The notes: generated by a model not told the origin, from the sequence alone. DNA of 63,365 nucleotides, filler included, from Basidiobolus ranarum (GCA_040143965.1; 53 parts of 53 records of this genome joined end to end with filler, not necessarily neighbours in it), one strand, 5' to 3'; counted from the whole stretch's first letter, positions 22,810-35,886 are shown. Numbers and translations are program-made.

Positions 22810-23908
22810 TAGTGAATTATAAGATAACCAAGTACTAAGCAATATATGACTATATCGGTGTCTAGGCAATGCTGCTTTCAACACTCTCCCTCAACTAAAT
22901 AGTTATATAAACTAATCATAACAAAGGTCTAAATTTCTCAAATTTCTGTATGGCTAATGGTTTGGTTAATATATCAGCAATCATGTCTTTGGTACAAAAA
23001 TAAATTGGGTCAATCAACTTATTCTCTATAGTCTCTCTAATGAAGTGATATTTAATATATATATGTTTGCTTCTGTTTTGAAACATGGAATTTTAGCTAA
23101 TTAGATACAACTTTGATTGTCTTGAAATATTGTAATTGGTGAATTTTGAGAATAACATAAATTTGTTAGGAGTTTTCTTAACCATATTGCTTCTTTTGTT
23201 GCTTCACAGACAGCCATGTATTCTGCTTCTGTTATTGAAAGAGCTATGGTAGGTTGTTTTTTTGAGTTTCAAGAAACAGCAACACTACAGCAAAGAATTT
23301 GTTAGAGGATCTTGACATAATGGGGGTAGCCTTTGGGTATTAGAAGCAACTTAGGATAGTGTGCTTTAGTTACTTTATTCTTCAGAGTATATGGTGACAT
23401 ACATAGTAGAAAAGTAAAACAATTGTTTGAGATATTCAGGAGTTTGTGTAATAAGATATAATAGATCAGTGGGGGTAATAAGACATACTTATTATATAGA
23501 TATAGAGATATTCCCATTTAGAATACAGGGGCTATAGATATGTTGCTCCCTGTTTCTGATGTATGTATCATAACGAAAGTTAACTATGATGTTGAATAAA
23601 GATTAATTATCCAACAGAAATAAGTATCCTGTTGTAGATCTCCTGTCTTCAACATCTCTTCCCCAATTTGCATCTGAATATCCCATCAGATCAAAGTTTG
23701 ATCCAGAATATGTGTATTTTAAGCACAGATCCATAGTACCTTTCAAATATCTCATGATCCTCTTAACTGCTATGATTTGATCAGATCCAAAATTTTGAAG
23801 ATATTGGCACATAACTCCCACAGAATATGCAATATCTGGCCATGTTCCAACCATGATATATATCAAACTATCAACCATAGATTGATAAGGGAGTTTCTGG
23901 CTTTCATT
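22810..23908 (-). mobile_element. Ty1/copia RT-RNase H, PPT (22884-22894) and LTR1 start (22810-22883)
   Basis: PDIAYSVG...GYSDANWGRDVEDRRSTTGY and TTGAGGGAGAG|TGTTGAAAG. Confidence 0.9.
23300..23616 (-). repeat. Solo LTR (family 3, 317 bp) with 5-bp TSD GAATT/GAAAT
   Basis: TG...CA ends. The uninterrupted target CAAAGAAATAAGTATCC is present (reverse complement) in the paralog near 45645. Confidence 0.9.
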
Positions 23909-24399
23909 NNNNNNNNNNNNNNNNNNNNNNNNNNNNNNNNNNNNNNNNNNNNTTAATTAATTAANNNNNNNNNNNNNNNNNNNNNNNNNNNNNNNNNNNN
24001 NNNNNNNNCAAGTGAGACATTCCGGGTTGATGAGTAGAGCTGTGCACCAGCAGCAATGGCTGGTGACCCATTAAGTGAAGGCTCCACATCTGAAGAAGAG
24101 ACTCTGGATACAAACAAACCGCAAACTAGACTGGACAAGCCAATGCATACCACAGCACATCAACCTCAAGCCACAACTCATGCTGGCTGAGGTAGAGGAA
24201 CTTCAGGAGGATCTAACCAACCAACCCAGTGCAGAGGTTCAAGCAAAGTTCCTTCCATGGAAATATCAAGGAGACAACAAAAGTAGCAGAAGCAAATCAG
24301 CATGTACTGCATCATACCTAGGCAACTGCTGAATACTCTTGTTAATACTTACATTATTCTATCTTTACTGTTTAGCACATCATGCAAAATCAATATGGA

Positions 24400-25107
24400 T
24401 TGCAGTTAAATATAGTATTAATTGCTTTATTTAGATCACAATTGCCTATGTGTTTATGAAACACTGATAGTGTGAAACCATCATATATCAAAAAAATCAA
24501 TGATAGCCTATTAATACAAGCAATTTCACTACAATCAAATGAAAAATGTCTGTCAATAAAAAGCTTGCGCAGCTGTATTGGCTTGATATGGCTCAATCTA
24601 TTCACATTTTCACCCAATTAGAAGCTTACATGATTGAATGAATAATTTGCTGATCTAAAAATGATGAATCAAGTGATCCTGATCACTACAATCATACTGC
24701 AGATTGATCCATCATTGAGTGCTGTGATTTGTCACTGGTGTGCCAAAACTACTAATGTTCTGTAATGCAGGAGCTGTTGTGCCCAATCAAAAGTCAGGAT
24801 ACTGTGTAGGTGAAGGACAAATGATTGGCCTAAAAACATGTGAATGTCTCGGTTATACATTTGATTGGGTAAGTTATGGTATAAATTGCTTATTGTTACA
24901 CATTCAGTAATATGTAAGTTACAAACTAGGAGATGAACTTACTGTGTTAGTTACCGAAAATTGTAATTTGGTAATACTAAACTGGGCAACTTGGTATGTG
25001 CTGGCACAATATCTCCAATAAAATCATCATGTCCAATTGTGGTGGGATAGTGCCATATGGTTCCTTATAGTGTCTGATTGATGGTTATAGGAGGTGGCCT
25101 TGGTATT
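24400..25107 (-). mobile_element. PIF/Harbinger-superfamily element, subterminal region of the second end
   Basis: Reverse complement of 62370-62990. Confidence 0.7.
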
Positions 25108-25207
25108 NNNNNNNNNNNNNNNNNNNNNNNNNNNNNNNNNNNNNNNNNNNNTTAATTAATTAANNNNNNNNNNNNNNNNNNNNNNNNNNNNNNNNNNNNN
25201 NNNNNNN

Positions 25208-26305
25208 TAATCCAGTAATTGATTGGAAGAAGAAGATTATCACATTCAAGCAATCTCCACCTCCTACTCCATATTTGCCAACTTGCACACTATCCAACTC
25301 ATCATCAGCTTAAATCCTCAAAACAGCTATGAAGCCAATATCCATTGACAGTGTTGCTGAAGAGCTGTAAGCTACAAAACCTATGGTTCATACACTCCCA
25401 CCCAAATATTTAGCCTTTGCTGATGTCTTTGATAAGAAGAAATCAAATATACTACCAGCTCACCACCCATGTGATTGCCCTATAGATCTACAAGAAGAAA
25501 AACAACCACCCTTTGGACCTATTCATGAGCTGACCCAGTCAGAACGCAACATTCTGAAAGAGTGCGTTACAGAAAATCAGGAGAAAGGATTTATGGATCA
25601 TTCAAAGTCTCTGGCAAGCTCTCCAATCTTATTTGTTATGAAAAAGGATGGATCTATCCATCTCTGTGTTGATTATCAAGGCCTCAATAGTATTACAGTC
25701 AAATATTGTTATCCCTTGTCATTAATCAACTCACTCTTGGAACAGCTTGCTTCAGCCAAGGTATTTACAAACATTGATATAAGAGGTGCTTACAATTTTG
25801 TAAGAGTTAAACCAGGAGAACAATGGAAAACTGCTTTTCAAACTCACTAAGGGCATGTTGTATACAATGTCATGCCATTTGGTCTTACCAATGCCCCTGT
25901 AGTCTTTGAACACATGATGAATGGTATCTTCAGGAGTATCTTGACCAGTCTGTGGCAATCTGTCTTGACAATATCTTGGTCTTCTCAAGCTCTCAAGGAG
26001 AACAAAATATTCTTGTTTCCCATGTCCTAGAAAAGTTGATAACCTCTGGTCTCTATGCCAAACTTGAGAAATGTGAGTTTGACCAAGCTCAAGTTGAAAT
26101 CCTTGGATATAACATCAGCCCATTGGGCATCTCAATGGAGCCTAAGAAGGTTGAATCTGTTCTGCCTTGGGATACCTCCAAGAATGTCAAGGATGTCCAA
26201 TCTTTCCTGGGACTTGCCAACTTTTACCAATGGTTTGTCAAGAACTACTCCAAAATAGCTTCTGCATTAACAAACCTTATCAAGAAAGAACTTCCATTTG
26301 ATTGG
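25208..26305 (+). mobile_element. Ty3/gypsy RT, degenerate
   Basis: [58 protein letters not shown]. Confidence 0.93.
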
Positions 26306-26405
26306 NNNNNNNNNNNNNNNNNNNNNNNNNNNNNNNNNNNNNNNNNNNNTTAATTAATTAANNNNNNNNNNNNNNNNNNNNNNNNNNNNNNNNNNNNNNN
26401 NNNNN

Positions 26406-26544
26406 TTAAGTGATATTTGAATAAGTAATGCTAACTAAGTGATATTTGACTAAGTAATGTTAACTAACTTATATGTGATATATGAAATAGTTAGGTTTAT
26501 AAAGATAGAGATAATAAATATGATAAAGACAATAAACTTCAACA
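26406..26544 (-). repeat. Copia LTR family 2, 5' fragment
   Basis: Ends AATAAACTTCAACA, as at 16031. Confidence 0.8.
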
Positions 26545-27378
26545 TCAAGGTGTTGTATTCCGGCCATAAGAAGAATCATAAAATTCAAGAATCTGCTTGT
26601 TTTTGATCTTGACATATGCATATGCTCTACTAACTAGACATAACTCTAAAACATCAATATGTTTTGCCAGCAAACTAAAGGAGTCATGAATAGCTCAACA
26701 TCTGAGATTTACAATAGCACTGACACTTCACAAATAGCTGCCTTTGTTACCATTGACAATGTGAATAAGCTCTTGAACTTTGGCAAATTTCCGTAACAAG
26801 TTCAGCCAAAATATCCCTAACTTGCAGTTGACAAGTATCCTGCCACAATTACAACTGTATTGGCTTGAATAGATTAACTCATGACTACATTTTTAATACT
26901 GCATGTTGTAATCCATCTCTCAAAGAAGCTTGCCTTGCTGTTAACTTAGATATGCAATTAGATTTTTACATGCAGAAGACATTCGAAATTATATATGTGT
27001 TTACTCTGTCTCCTTGAATTGGGTTTTATTACTGTTATTGCATTGACACATTCAAAAAACCCATAAGTATATTGAAAAGTGTGCTGTGTTGCAAGGTTAA
27101 TATATTCTGCAGTCTCCCAAGCCTATCAAATTAAATCCATAATTGATTTTGCTGATAAATTGTTGATCAGATTATCATCTGGTAATACTAATGATTTCAC
27201 ACAAAGCATCATTTTGCCACAGGTACCCTCTGTTGGGAACTCCCAGAATGTATGACAAGGGCCTAAAATCTCAAAGGATTGTGAAAGATGCAGCAGGATA
27301 TGATTAAGTGCCAGCATAGATTCAGTCTATCTTGCTTCAACCTGTTATAAGGTTTTAAATCTAATCACAAAATGTTTG
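26545..27378 (-). mobile_element. CMC transposase C-terminal part, diverged subfamily
   Basis: LLHLSQSFEILGPCHTFWEFPTE. Confidence 0.78.
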
Positions 27379-27379
27379 C

Positions 27380-27503
27380 TTGGTGTCAATATATGCAAAT
27401 GAGGCTAAAAAAGTAATTTCTAAACCATGGTTGATTGGATTTGTAGAAGCTGAAGGTAGTTTCTATTTGGTATCTAAAGATGCCAATAGAATCGTTCATG
27501 GAT
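27380..27503 (+). pseudogene. LAGLIDADG homing endonuclease fragment of mitochondrial-intron type
   Basis: Manual translation EAKKVISKPWLIGFVEAEGSFYLVSKDANRIVHG, in which WLIGFVEAEGSF is a LAGLIDADG helix. Confidence 0.85.
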
Positions 27504-27603
27504 NNNNNNNNNNNNNNNNNNNNNNNNNNNNNNNNNNNNNNNNNNNNTTAATTAATTAANNNNNNNNNNNNNNNNNNNNNNNNNNNNNNNNNNNNNNNNN
27601 NNN

Positions 27604-27818
27604 TGGAAGGTCTTGGCGGAAATACACTATGTGTGGGATGACATGATTGGTCAGGTTTCATGGAATGTTCCAAAGAACATGACTTCCATATAAGGTAATC
27701 TGGATGAACTGACATCAGATTGCCAAGAAGGGATGGCACAGTAGATATGATGGCATAATCCAATAATAGAAGAGTTCCATATGCAGTGGATCAGTATGCC
27801 AAGATCAGAATCATGACA
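27604..27818 (-). repeat. Gypsy-type LTR 5' part (TGTCATGA start)
   Basis: Overlaps in sequence with 50455-50545, whose 3' end is ...TGTGACA. Confidence 0.7.
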
Positions 27819-27947
27819 TATTGTTCCTTATAGTGTCCAATCAAGTGTTATAGGACTCAGCCATGGTAATTGACAGATTGGACCAGATGGTGTACTAGCA
27901 GGCTGGATCAAGTGGCAAAATCTGACCTGGTCCAATGGAACAAGTCT
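27819..27947 (-). mobile_element. PIF/Harbinger-superfamily element, second end
   Basis: Ends ATGGAACAAGTCT|AAT. Confidence 0.8.
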
Positions 27948-28086
27948 AATCCAGAAAGTCATGGAATGTTCCGGCAAAATCAAGTTTTATTGGTCATAAC
28001 TCAATCAATCATCAAATATTCCAAGAATCTTGTGAAATGCTCTGGAAGATTGTAGAATATTCCAGAAAATAATAGGCCTTTTTATA

Positions 28087-28701
28087 AAATTTCCATGCAA
28101 TTATACATAATTGAAACAATTAGGATAATAAATGCAAACAGAAACTTTATTATATATAATGTAGGGAATGGTACCATGATAATTGAATTTCTTAGATAAA
28201 TAATTTGCATTTGCCAGATCAATCAGTATTGTGCCAGCTCAATACAAGACTAATATCATGCTCTCCATGTACTCTAAATGGTCATTCCTCATTGATCCAA
28301 AAGCAACTACTGGCTTTCCTGTCACCACCCTAGAAGCTATATTTGAGAAATACTATGGCTCATATACTCCAATCCCTACCAGAAAGCAGCTAGTCAATTT
28401 GTTTTGTTAATACAAAAATTATTGTCCAATCAGATTTCAGTGCATTATTAATGGTACCAAAAGTGGGAGAAGCTTCCATACCAGGCTTCAAGTTAGTGAG
28501 AACTATCTACCTTCAGTGATGAATGATTTTGAAGGTTCCTGGGACAAAAGATTTAGAGACTCTAATTCCCATCCATTTCCTGGAGCATTTCCCAATAGGG
28601 TTCATATCAGAAGTATTCTGAACACATTTCCAGTCAGAAATAACAGGCCCAAAAGTAACCAACTGCTAGTCTATTCTGGCACGTACACAGCCCAGTGTGT
28701 A
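28087..28701 (+). mobile_element. PIF/Harbinger-superfamily transposase 5' part, degenerate
   Basis: Paralog of 36460-37083 with an internal stop. Confidence 0.82.
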
Positions 28702-28801
28702 NNNNNNNNNNNNNNNNNNNNNNNNNNNNNNNNNNNNNNNNNNNNTTAATTAATTAANNNNNNNNNNNNNNNNNNNNNNNNNNNNNNNNNNNNNNNNNNN
28801 N

Positions 28802-29899
28802 TTCAGCAAGATATAATTTTCAAATGGCATATTACTAGGTTTGCTGCTGTAGGAGTTTGAATTTATATACATGCCTTTATTAAAAAAATTTTGGGTTTAT
28901 TTACCAGGTATAATGAGAATCAAAAAATACAAGAATGTTGTTGTGTTTAGACTGTACATGTGTACATACTCGACTGATGAGACATAACTCAACAACATCA
29001 ATATGTTCTACCAGCAAACTAATGGTGGAAAAATTGCTAAACATCTGTAATTTGAAATAGCACTGACACTTGGCAAATAGCTGACTCTTGTTACTGTTCA
29101 CAATGAGAATAAGCTCATGGATATTGGCAAATATCCGTAAAGAATTCAGCCAATATACCCCCAACTTACAGTCAATAAATGTTCTGCCACAAGTAGATGT
29201 ATCACTGCTTCAATATATCACCCCATGGCTAAAATAGTAATACTGCATATCTCAATCAATCTCACCAAGAAGTCTGTCTTGCAGCTTTCCTAGAAATACC
29301 ATCAGATTATTACACAAACAAGTTAGTCTGAATTATAGAGGTACTTGCACTGTGTCCATGGATTGAGTTTTGTTGCTGTTATTGTGCTCAAAGAATGTGA
29401 AAACCCATGAGCACATTGAAAAGAGCCCTTGTTGGAAAGTTAACATACTCTGGAGTCTCTTTATCCCTCTGCATTACCTCCATCACTGATTTTGCTGATA
29501 CATTATTAATCAGATTAGCATACAGTAATACTGACAATTTCACACAGAGCATCATTTCACCACAGGTGTGCTCCATTGGGAACTCCCAGAATGTATAGCA
29601 AGGGCCTATAATCTCTAAGCATTATGAAAGATGCAGCAGGGAATGTATTGAATACTGGCATAGATTCAGTCTATCTTCTTTAAACCTGTAATAAAGTTTT
29701 TCATATCCAATTACAAAATCTTTGCACAGTTGCTGTATCTGCCTGAGATCTGCCAATGTGAGTTGATGCCATAAGAATATATTAACAATATTGACAAACA
29801 ACTCCCAATGTTGCCAATACTTATCAGGCAGAAATCTTTTCCAAATTCCACTTGAATATATACAAATCCAATACATACAGTCTTACAATTTGAATAAAT
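28802..29899 (-). mobile_element. CMC transposase C-terminal half
   Basis: LPDKYWQHWELFV...FVIGYEKLYY...SIHSLLHL...WEFPMEH. Confidence 0.85.
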
Positions 29900-29999
29900 N
29901 NNNNNNNNNNNNNNNNNNNNNNNNNNNNNNNNNNNNNNNNNNNTTAATTAATTAANNNNNNNNNNNNNNNNNNNNNNNNNNNNNNNNNNNNNNNNNNNN

Positions 30000-30977
30000 T
30001 ACCAGCAAAATTAGTGATGGATGTAATATGATGGTTTGAGGAGATTCCTCAATATATTAACCTTCCAACAAAGGGGTCTTTTCAATGTGCTCATGGATTT
30101 TTGCATTGTTTTGGCACAATAACAGCAACAAAGCCCAATCCATGGACACAGAGTAAGTACTTCTATATTTTGGACTAATTTGTTTGTGTAACACTCTGAT
30201 GGTATTTTTAAGAAAGTGGCAAGACAGACTTCTTGGTGAGAGAGATCAAGATACAGAGTATTATGGTTTTAGCCATGGGGTAATCTATTCAAGCAATGAC
30301 ACATCTACTTGTGGCAGAAAATAAACATTCAATAAGAATGAGCCATTCAAGATAAGATCAAAGTTTGAATTGATTGGGAAAATGCTTGAAAATGTAAAGA
30401 AACAATCATATTTTACCAGGACTCCTATTAATATCCACTCATCTAGCCATTTATTCAAATGCAAACACTGGAAGTATTAGATTTGTATATATTCAAGTGG
30501 AATTTGAAAAGATTTCTGCCACATGAGTATTGGCACCATTGGGAGTGGTTTGTTGATATTGTCAATATATTCTTATGACATCAACTCACGTTGGCAGATC
30601 TCATGCAGATACAGCAACTGTGCAAAGATTTTGTAATTGGACATGAAAAACTTTATAACAGGTTTAAAGAAAATAGACTGAATCTATACCAGTATTCAAT
30701 ACATTCCCTGCTGCATCTTTGGCAATGCTTAGAGATTATAGGCACTTGCTATACATTCTGGGAGTTCCCAATGGAGCACACCTGCTGTGAAATGTTGCTG
30801 TGTGTGAAATCATCAATATTAGCATATGCTTTGTGAAATGAAGAATCCCTCCTATATAAGGATGGTACTTTGATTTAGCCCATCAATATCATCAGCTGAT
30901 TCTGAGACAGTGTCCCAGATGAGTCATCAGGGAATTTACAAGATATTTCCAGTAATGGATAGCAATTTTGGTTTATT
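30000..30977. mobile_element. Mosaic of out-of-order CMC fragments
   Basis: Transposase 3' piece, then an upstream transposase piece from ~30330, then an inverted promoter piece from ~30840. Confidence 0.75.
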
Positions 30978-31097
30978 AGACTTGTTCTATTGGACCAGGT
31001 CAGATTGTGCCACCCAATCCAGCCTGCTAGTACACCATCTGGCGCAATCTGTCAATTACCATGGCTGGGTCCTATAACACTCGATTGGACTCTATAA
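30978..31097 (+). mobile_element. PIF/Harbinger-superfamily element, second end
   Basis: ATT|AGACTTGTTCTATTGGACCAGG. Confidence 0.8.
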
Positions 31098-31197
31098 NNN
31101 NNNNNNNNNNNNNNNNNNNNNNNNNNNNNNNNNNNNNNNNNTTAATTAATTAANNNNNNNNNNNNNNNNNNNNNNNNNNNNNNNNNNNNNNNNNNNN

Positions 31198-32230
31198 TGC
31201 TGGAGCAAATACCTGTCAGAAAACCATGAAAACATTGGTGGCTTATATTCTGCCACAGATTTTGATGGTGAAAAGGCAGTTTCTCATTGCATTATAATCC
31301 AAATCCTACACGGTGAAATGCATATCCTCATATTTTGAATGTACTATTTAATATCTGACAATTATTGGAAAAAAACTAATTTTCAAATGGCAAATCACTG
31401 TGTTTACAGAATTGAGGATTTGAACTAAAAAGCATGCATTGACTTAGATAGTTAAGGCTTTGTATTTCAGCCTTAATGTGAATCAAGATATACAAGAATC
31501 CTGTTGTTCTTAGTCTTTATATAGGCATATATTTGACAGATCAGGCAGAGCTCAATAATATTGATATGCTTTACCACCAAACTAATGGCACAGAAATTGC
31601 TAAACTTTAGAAATTTAAAGTAGCACTGGCAATTGGCAAATATCTTACTCTTGTTACCATTGACAATGAGAATAAGCTCTTGGATTTTGGCAAATTTCCA
31701 CAAAGAACTCAGCCATAAGATCCTCAACTTACAGTCAACCAATGTCCTTCCAAAATAGATGTGTCAATGCTTGAATAGATTTCCAAATGGCTAAGCAATC
31801 ATGTTTCATATCTCAATCTAACTAACCAAGAAGTCTGTCTTGCAGCTTTCCTAGAAGCACAATCAGAGTATCAGATGAACAAAATAGTCTTAAATGTAGA
31901 GGTACTGACTCTGTGTCCAAAGGATTGGGTTGTGTTGCTGTGATTGTGCTAAAACATTACAAACACCAAATGTCATATTGAAAAGAGCCCTGTTTTGGAA
32001 GGTCATTATTGTCCAGAGTCTCCTTGACCCATTGCATTACATCCATCACTGATTTTGCTGATAAACTTTTGATCAGATTAGCATTCAAAAACACTGATGA
32101 TTTCCCATGGACAATCAATTCACCACAGATATACTCCATTAGGAACTCCCAGACTGTACACCAAGGGCCCACAATCTTTAGCCATTGCAAAAGATGCAGC
32201 AGGGAATGTATTGAATACCTGCATAGATTC
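31198..32230 (-). mobile_element. CMC transposase C-terminus and subterminal region, diverged subfamily
   Basis: YSIHSLLHL...GPWCTVWEFLME, KFAKIQELILIV. Confidence 0.8.
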
Positions 32231-33317
32231 AATGGAATTGTGAATTAGACACTGAAGCTTTATTGAATTGAATATGTCCTATTTATAGTTTTTTANNNNN
32301 NNNNNNNNNNNNNNNNNNNNNNNNNNNNNNNNNNNNNNNTTAATTAATTAANNNNNNNNNNNNNNNNNNNNNNNNNNNNNNNNNNNNNNNNNNNNGAGCA
32401 TGGCTGAGAGGGGGTGGATTAATGGAAATAGAAGAAGGTGCTGATAGCTACAAATCAAACTCAACAGTGCCAGCAATCACTATGACTACTCCACCTGTTA
32501 CTATAGTAAAAAAATATGTTAAACTGTGATATACTGCCAAATATTCCATCAATAAAGCTAGTATTCTGCTGGAATATTGTGTTTAGTCAAAACTTTTTGA
32601 GCTATTGCAGGAGAATGAGCAATTTGAGAGTAGGGATGACTGATGTTTAAACACAGATATTGCTAACATTAGTGAGCTTGACTCACTCTTGGAAAGTTTT
32701 GCCTAAATTAAAGTCTTAAAAAGGTAGTATTAATTGTCAGAGGGTGGAGGATTTTGTCCCAACTGAGCAACAGAGTATTTGATGTGTTTCTGAAGATGTT
32801 ACCAAATATAATACTGGGTATAGATTACCCCAGATGTGATTTAAGTGGAAGGCTTTGGTATGGTATTTCACTGATGATCCAGCCACCATTCATAAACTAA
32901 TATCTCCAAATAGTCGCAATGCATTTACAAAAGTATGAATTACTTAACCCTAGCTGTCCTCATGGGCTATCATTGGTGTTATGCAATATATACAAAGCTG
33001 TCATAAGCCCATGGTCAATGAACACTACCTAAGCTTATTATTTGTTGTGGTTTCAATAGCAAGATATAACATTCATGTTGTCTTTGGAACAATTTGTTTT
33101 ATACATGGGTAGGATTTTGCCATATGGATTGTAACTCCTATAACTGTGTACCTGGTGCTATATACTGCAATATTAGCCCATAATATTGGCATAGGACTCT
33201 AAAAAAGTAAGCAAAGGGAAGTTCTGTCAGAGAAATACACATGTGTGTGGCCAAATTAATCAGTTCATTAGGTGAGAGGAAACAAATAGAACCTTTTATT
33301 TGCAGAATTTATATGTG

Positions 33318-33430
33318 CCCTAACAGAAATTGGAGCATTGTTATTGTAAGAAAACCATCACATTCTTAATCCATTTTGGATTCACTGTTTACTCACCATA
33401 ATAAAATCATCAGGTTGGATTTGATTTTAT
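33318..33430 (+). mobile_element. CMC element left end, truncated
   Basis: CCCTAACAGAAATTGGAGCATTG. Confidence 0.78.
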
Positions 33431-33592
33431 GGTCATGGCCAGTCAAAAGTGATGAAGATTCCACCGTGGTTGAAGAAGCAATAACTGTTGAGNNNNNNNN
33501 NNNNNNNNNNNNNNNNNNNNNNNNNNNNNNNNNNNNTTAATTAATTAANNNNNNNNNNNNNNNNNNNNNNNNNNNNNNNNNNNNNNNNNNNN

Positions 33593-34689
33593 AACTTCTA
33601 AGTAAATTCCTTATGAGAATAATGGATAATATCTTAGTGAATTATAAGATAACTAAGTACTAAGCTATATATGACTATATAGGTGCTTAGGCAATGCTAA
33701 TTTCAACAAGTTCCACTACAATCAGTGATATTACATACAGTTGCATACGTTACAATTAGTGAATCCTCTTGAGCTCCGCATGTTTCTTGCACTGATATTG
33801 CATATTGATGGTTGTATTTCCAAATACTATGTTATATATACCTAAAACTCTCTGCATCACTCAAATATAGTTATGAGTTGGCCAAATTAACTGAGTAAAT
33901 AACTCCATTGTAACTTATCATGTTTCATTGATAAAAGGATGATGACTTTCTGTGTTTCATGCCTTTCAAGCAACTGCAAAAGTACCAAGATCCCCATAAT
34001 TTCTCAAGTAGTAATGTAAAAAATAGCATGCGCAGTAACAAAATGGTGTAGGAGATCTATGCAGTCTCACTTTGCATAGCAAATAAAAGCGTTCAAATGT
34101 GGTCTATTCAAGGGGATATCTCAAACAGCTTCAAGAGTGAAAACATTGTGATAACATTGAATGAGTATAGATCAATATCTTTCAAGTTAGAAAAGTTACT
34201 AGAATCAATTTTTGAGAGTCAAACATCTGACATCAGGGAAGCTTCAATACACTACTCCAACAATGAATATGAATGCTAAGTGGCCTCTTTTACCATATGA
34301 ATACTGTTGAAATTAGAACTGCCTAAGCACCTATATAGTCATATATATGAACTAAGATATCACCTCAATTGGAATTTGTTGAAATTAGCATTGCCTAAGC
34401 ACTTATATAGTCATATATAGCTTAGTACTTAGTTATCTTATAATTCACTAAGATATTATCCATTATTCTCATAAGGAATTTACTTAGAATATTGACACCA
34501 ACTTAGAAGTTCTCAGATATATAGATTTTTCAAACTTGCGCTAGAAGCCCAAAACTTTGCACACATGTTCCTGGGACGTTCCTTAACATATTCTACATGT
34601 TAGTTTGTTTACATCTTGACAAAACTATAAATGTCAACTTTCTACTCAATAAATCAATAAGTGAAAACCACCAATTCCTCTAATTCTCC
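33593..34689. repeat. Three LTR1 copies: 33593-33708 (-), 34305-34376 (+, deleted), 34377-34689 (+)
   Basis: Each begins TGTTGAAATTAG. Confidence 0.85.
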
Positions 34690-34789
34690 NNNNNNNNNNN
34701 NNNNNNNNNNNNNNNNNNNNNNNNNNNNNNNNNTTAATTAATTAANNNNNNNNNNNNNNNNNNNNNNNNNNNNNNNNNNNNNNNNNNNN

Positions 34790-35349
34790 GGATATTTTCT
34801 AAGTTTGGATAATGTTGATAGATTGTTTCAGTTTCCAAATTTGGCCTAATTCCAGTATCAATTTCCAATGTATCATTTTCAAAGTTGGTTTCAGGACTTG
34901 TTAGCTCAAGATTGGCTTCAGAACTTGTTAACTCAGAATTTGAGTTATTGAGAAAGTCATTTTCAGTCAAAATCAAATTCCCATGATTAGAAGATTTGGG
35001 ATTTTCTTCAATGAATACAGTATCTCTGGAGTTGTCAATTTGATATGTGCCAGCAATTAAGAGACAATAGCCTTTGTTCTGATATCCTAATAGGATACAT
35101 TTAATTGCCTTTTAGTCAAATTTCCTATCCTGAGGTATATGATATTAGCATATACTATTGATCCAAAAATTCTGAGATGATTCTGATTTGACTTGTTTCC
35201 AGTCCAGATTTGAACCGGAGTTTTAGAGTTATGGTTGCTATGTGTTGGATTTCTATTTTGGAGATATATAGCTGTGGAAATAGCTTCATCCCTAATAGGT
35301 CTTAGGCAGATCTGAATCAATCAGCATTGTATGTGATTTCTCTACTGAA
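34790..35349 (-). mobile_element. Ty1/copia integrase C-terminal part
   Basis: EAISTAIYLQNRNPT...TPVQIWTG...HLRIFGS. Confidence 0.85.
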
Positions 35350-35886
35350 TATTGAAGTTTATTGTCTTTATTATACTTGTTATCTCTATCTTTATACATC
35401 TAACTATTTCATATATCACATATAAGTTAGTTAACATTATTTAGTCAAATATCACTTAACTTCATATTGAAACATATATTATATAAACATGTGAGTAATG
35501 TAAAAATTAGCAATTCCACATTGAAAATTTGAAACTTGTCCCAATTGCCCCAAAGATAGTTCATTGTACTTCCACAGATGTCCTGAACACAACCCCACTG
35601 TTAGATTTCTGTATTTCCACCAAAATGTATAAATGCTTCATTTCTGGATAATAAATAACTATCTCACAAAGCTATTCACAACTCCACCTTTCTAAAGTTC
35701 CTCCAAACAGCCAATATTTTCCGAATAGGTTATGAGCCCCATGTTCTAACCTTTAAAGCATGACAGAAACCACTACTACCACTTTTATTTACTCAAGTAT
35801 TGTACAGCTTGAAGTAGAAAATTACAATTTCTGGAAGTTCAACATGCAAATCATACTGGAAGACAGGGAGCTTTGGGATGTAGTCT
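35350..35886 (+). mobile_element. Copia family 2 5' LTR (35350-35727), PBS (35728-35741), gag start (35760)
   Basis: GGTTATGAGCCCCA, then MTETT...LEVENYNFWKFNMQIILEDRELWDVV. Confidence 0.88.

Noticed and set aside
32396..33317. Unassigned CpG-poor DNA (also 33709-34304 and 51534-52140) as possible new elements
   Set aside because: No recognisable protein motif, terminus or second copy in this window.
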